Below are positions 61,164-64,000 of a stretch of 64,000 nt of DNA, in pieces (position 1 is the stretch's first letter; the number at the start of each line of letters is the position of its first letter). Below the pieces are notes generated by a model, which saw only the letters and a program-made list of their open reading frames with translations, was not told the DNA's origin and did not search any database. Position numbers and translations under genes: made by a program. The stretch lies in the NCBI GenBank assembly GCA_042584585.1, contig JBHOSQ010000001.1, positions 3,508 to 67,507 of the forward strand, in the 5' to 3' direction. This stretch comes from an archaeon. Lineage in GTDB: Archaea > B1Sed10-29 > WALL01.

Positions 61164-62948
61164 AAAATCAGGCTTTTTTCCCGCCACTTCTTCCTGGAGC
61201 TGGTACTTGGCGCTGCGGGGGTTCACCAGGTAGTTCGCGAGATGGCGCAGCTGGAACCACATGGCTGACTCTTCTTTTGCGTCTTTGTGCTTCTTCTTTT
61301 CTTCGTCAGTCATCTGGCTTTCGTCCCGGCTCCTCCCCAACTCCGCGTGTTTCATCGAGGCCTCGTGCAGGCGCTCTATAAAGTTGTCATGCGTCAGCGG
61401 CCTGATTTTGATCTTGAGCTTGACAAAATCACCAAACAAGCCCTCAATTTTGTCGAACGCGCGTATCTTCTCTTGGTTGTTTGAGTTAATCCGGGGGTGG
61501 TCCATAATCTTGAACAAGCGCAGTGCCTCGTAGCACTCTACATCGGTCACGGGCCGCTTCCCATCCTCCACTTCCTCAACGGCTTCCTTTTTTCCAGCAA
61601 TGCCGCGCAGCAAAAACCGCATGCTCCCGAAGCCCTTCACGTCCTTCTTCGGCAATGTCTTGGGGTCAGTGGACTCCATCACGCCATGGTAATTGTTTTT
61701 CACGAACTCTTTTTCCTTAAGGGAAAGCTCTTGCCTCGCGGCAACTTTTTCGGTGATGTCCAGCAGCTTGTTTAACGGCCCGGAATTGACAGTGGGCGTG
61801 TCCCCCAGAAGCAGACTACCAGGGTCCTCTTCCGGACTGGCCCAGCGGTGCGGCCTGCCCGGCCGCCTCGTGGAAACTTGCTCGTCGTCCTTGTCGTCCT
61901 TGTCGTCCTTGTCGCCTTCGGACGGGCTGCCGTCCTGCAACCCACCCCCCTCCTCATTCAGCTTGAGCACCATGGGCTCCGAGCGGGTTACATCCATCGT
62001 GATGCCCTCTTCCTTGAGCTCCGCGGCTATTGCGTCCATGATGGCATTGGTGCGCCTTATTGAGTTGCTCCTGAACCCGTCGCCCACGCGCTTGGAGACT
62101 GTGGCGGTATCGTCCGGGTGCTCTCGGATGTAGTCCGCGCCGATCTTAGTGAGTATTCCGGGCAGTCGCGGGTCCGAAACCCTCTGCCCAGCATGCCTCC
62201 CAAGCTTTTGCTGGCGGAGGTCCTTCATGTTGTCACCGCGAAAAAGCTTCTCCACATATGCAGCAAGCCCCTTGCCCCCCTCAACTTTTGGCTTTTTGGG
62301 CATCCCGACCAATCGCAGCAGTTCCTTGTGGGCGCTGACGTCCCTCATGAGATCCGGGAACGTGAACGACTTCACGCCGCGCACGAGGTCCATAAGCTCC
62401 GGGTGCTTTTGCTTGTGCTCGTCAATCCACTTTTTTATCTCGCTGTCGCGCTTGAGCAATTCAGTGGAGTATCCCCCGCCGGCGCCGACCTCAATGTCCG
62501 CCGTCTTTCCCGGGCCGTGCATGAAGCAGTTCGCGAAGCGCGTCGCGTCGGCCTCCAAGTGGTTTTCCGTAATTGCCTTGTACTCGTCCTTCAGGGCCTC
62601 GAACTTCGTCACGGGCCTGGTCTCCATGGGCTCGATTGGCACGTGCGAGATTATGAGCTTCCGCAGCTGCATGCCGTCCGGCGTCAAGTGGTAGTAGCCG
62701 TCCCACACCGCCCTCTTGACGAAGGGCTTGGGCATGGCGGCCTGGTTTGCCAGGGCCGCGTTTAGCTCGTCGGGAGTGATTTTGAAGTGCTTCGAGACCG
62801 CGGCATAGATGTCGCCGGTGGAGTGCGCCCTTTCTTCCTTCATGAAGTTGACTGCCGCCTCGAAAGGGGTCTTGGGGGTGAACGGGCTGCCGCGCTCGAA
62901 CCTCTTCCGGGTGTCGGGCCTCCACGCCTTGTCGAGTTCCTTGACCAT
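61158..62948 (-). CDS. Hypothetical 596-aa protein (paralogous segment shared with the next-but-one upstream gene)
   Basis: FANCFMHGPGKTADIEVGAGGGYS...KKWIDEHKQKHPELMDLVRGVKSFTFPDLMRD aligns with FINLFHDGVEGTVNKQYPPTGMGS...RQWIEKHKQHQPLVDLVTGKREFAYPELMKG of ORF 63459... Acidic KDDKDDKDDE linker. Leaderless ATG 62948 lies 27 nt from TCTTTTATAC. Confidence 0.7.
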   Translation of the reverse strand: MVKELDKAWRPDTRKRFERGSPFTPKTPFEAAVNFMKEERAHSTGDIYAAVSKHFKITPDELNAALANQAAMPKPFVKRAVWDGYYHLTPDGMQLRKLIISHVPIEPMETRPVTKFEALKDEYKAITENHLEADATRFANCFMHGPGKTADIEVGAGGGYSTELLKRDSEIKKWIDEHKQKHPELMDLVRGVKSFTFPDLMRDVSAHKELLRLVGMPKKPKVEGGKGLAAYVEKLFRGDNMKDLRQQKLGRHAGQRVSDPRLPGILTKIGADYIREHPDDTATVSKRVGDGFRSNSIRRTNAIMDAIAAELKEEGITMDVTRSEPMVLKLNEEGGGLQDGSPSEGDKDDKDDKDDEQVSTRRPGRPHRWASPEEDPGSLLLGDTPTVNSGPLNKLLDITEKVAARQELSLKEKEFVKNNYHGVMESTDPKTLPKKDVKGFGSMRFLLRGIAGKKEAVEEVEDGKRPVTDVECYEALRLFKIMDHPRINSNNQEKIRAFDKIEGLFGDFVKLKIKIRPLTHDNFIERLHEASMKHAELGRSRDESQMTDEEKKKHKDAKEESAMWFQLRHLANYLVNPRSAKYQLQEEVAGKKPDFV

Positions 62949-62986
62949 TGAATAAATTAATGGTGCGCGGGTATAAAAGAATTAGT

Positions 62987-63436
62987 CTACCTGTACTCGT
63001 TTTTAATCGCCCAGCTGTTGCCCCGCTTTTCCATGTGCTTGGCAACAAGGAACTTGAAGTCTTCGTGAACGTTCTTGAGCCCCGCGAGGCCGGGATACTT
63101 CCCCAACAGGCGCACCATAAATTCATCCGCCTCTTCAGGAGTGTAATTCCGGGTGAACTTGTAGTACCCACGAACATACGCACCCCTGCCGCCCTTATCG
63201 TTACGGGCTTGGCTGATTGCCTTATTCATAATCTCCTCTTTTGACGGCTCCACCATGGCGTCAGGATGGCCAAACTCCACACAAAACGCGTTTTTTCCCT
63301 TGACCGCAAAAGTAGAAAACATCCGTGCAAACCCCTTATGCTGCTCGGGGTTCATGCTCTTGAACTTGGAGCCATGCACGCTCTTGGCGACCGTGTAATA
63401 ATGCTCCCGCGCCTTCAGCTCTTTTTTGCTAACCAC
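62987..63436 (-). CDS. Hypothetical 149-aa protein
   Basis: ORF with a GTG start. GGTGGG SD-like motif lies upstream. Probably co-transcribed with the gene at 63459... No domain recognised. Confidence 0.55.
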   Translation of the reverse strand: MVSKKELKAREHYYTVAKSVHGSKFKSMNPEQHKGFARMFSTFAVKGKNAFCVEFGHPDAMVEPSKEEIMNKAISQARNDKGGRGAYVRGYYKFTRNYTPEEADEFMVRLLGKYPGLAGLKNVHEDFKFLVAKHMEKRGNSWAIKNEYR

Positions 63437-63458
63437 TTATCCCACCAATAAGCACTTG

Positions 63459-64000
63459 CTATAACGGCGACTTAGTTTGCGTGTGCTTTTTCTTGACCCA
63501 GTTCACGACAACGCCGCGCAAGTACTCCCGCTGGTCGCCCCCTTCATAAGCGCCTGGGAGCGAGGACCTCCCGGCCTTTACCACCAACCCGTTGAGCATG
63601 TTTCTCCGCCGCTCAGCGTCCATGGCAAATCCACCTGCAACGTGGGAGGTGCCAGCCACCTTTTCCTCGTAGAGTGCGCGAATTGCCTCGTTGTACTTTT
63701 CGTCCATGTCCCACTGCTGTGGCGCGATCCCGACCCGCATTTTTTCCTGGGGCTTGCTGATTATCTCCACCAATTCAGGGTGCGGCTTGGCGCCCTTCAT
63801 TAGTTCGGGATACGCGAACTCGCGTTTCCCCGTCACCAAGTCCACGAGCGGCTGGTGCTGCTTGTGCTTCTCAATCCATTGCCTCAAGCCCTTCCTCTTC
63901 GCGGTGGCGCGGCTCCCCATGCCCGTTGGGGGATACTGCTTGTTCACCGTGCCCTCGACACCGTCATGGAAAAGGTTAATGAATGTTTGTGCCGACTTCT
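63459..64000 (-). CDS. Hypothetical protein, C-terminal part (N-terminus beyond window end); paralog of a segment of the 596-aa protein
   Basis: The track lists 63459..63947 from an internal GTG. The same frame stays open to 64000 (KSAQTFINLFHDGVEGTVNKQY...), and the extension continues the alignment with the 596-aa protein. Confidence 0.6.
   Translation of the reverse strand, partial: KSAQTFINLFHDGVEGTVNKQYPPTGMGSRATAKRKGLRQWIEKHKQHQPLVDLVTGKREFAYPELMKGAKPHPELVEIISKPQEKMRVGIAPQQWDMDEKYNEAIRALYEEKVAGTSHVAGGFAMDAERRRNMLNGLVVKAGRSSLPGAYEGGDQREYLRGVVVNWVKKKHTQTKSPL

Noticed and set aside
62440-62520. HGPGKTAD in the 596-aa protein as a Walker A P-loop.
   Set aside because: It does not fit [AG]-x4-G-K-[ST], because the residue five positions before GK is Phe. 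It is also not conserved in the paralog (HDGVEGTVNK).

Overview
64 kb of a compact archaeal chromosome, with roughly 90% coding density. GC is about 55-65% in most lines I counted.

**Why archaeal.** The window carries a TBP-repeat protein, Nop5 plus fibrillarin, archaeal-type ProRS and GlyRS, an intron-containing tRNA with a bulge-helix-bulge-like junction, DUF1628-type pilin N-termini and histone-fold proteins. Most genes have an A/T-rich TATA box 25-30 nt upstream of the start codon, so transcripts look largely leaderless. Several proteins are reduced forms (Nop5 without its N-terminal domain, a single-repeat TBP, short NMNAT, NadE and ArgH). This suggests a small-genome, possibly DPANN-like lineage, but that is inference only.

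**Recognisable core content:**
- pyrD-pyrK-pyrC-pyrE-pyrF operon
- NAD trio (NMNAT, nadC, nadE)
- argG-argH-argS followed by tRNA-Arg(UCU)
- IleRS, ProRS and GlyRS
- nop5-flpA
- endonuclease IV
- Kv-type K+ channel, MscS and an MFS transporter
- SPFH protein and an AlaAT-like aminotransferase
- GT4 glycosyltransferase and several surface, pilin-like or lipoproteins
- three tRNAs: His-GUG, Arg-UCU, and an intron-containing Ile-UAU

**Unexplained content:**
1. A minus-strand cluster at 56.3-64.0 kb of paralogous, very large K/E-rich proteins built from repeated winged-helix-like modules. Its internal promoter is bracketed by a perfect 19-bp direct repeat.
2. A TBP gene with only one TBP repeat fused to a ~120-aa poly-lysine tail.
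3. A low-GC gene encoding a kinase-like domain plus a long coiled coil.
4. Three families of short structured intergenic repeats. Two of them show compensatory base changes between copies.
5. Two large non-coding gaps (12.5-13.0 kb and 32.07-32.39 kb) that probably encode structured RNAs.

**Not seen:** CRISPR array, rRNA operon, transposase or integrase.

**Limits.** All function calls rest on motifs I recognise by eye; no database search was possible. Start codons are often ambiguous between GTG/TTG and a nearby ATG.
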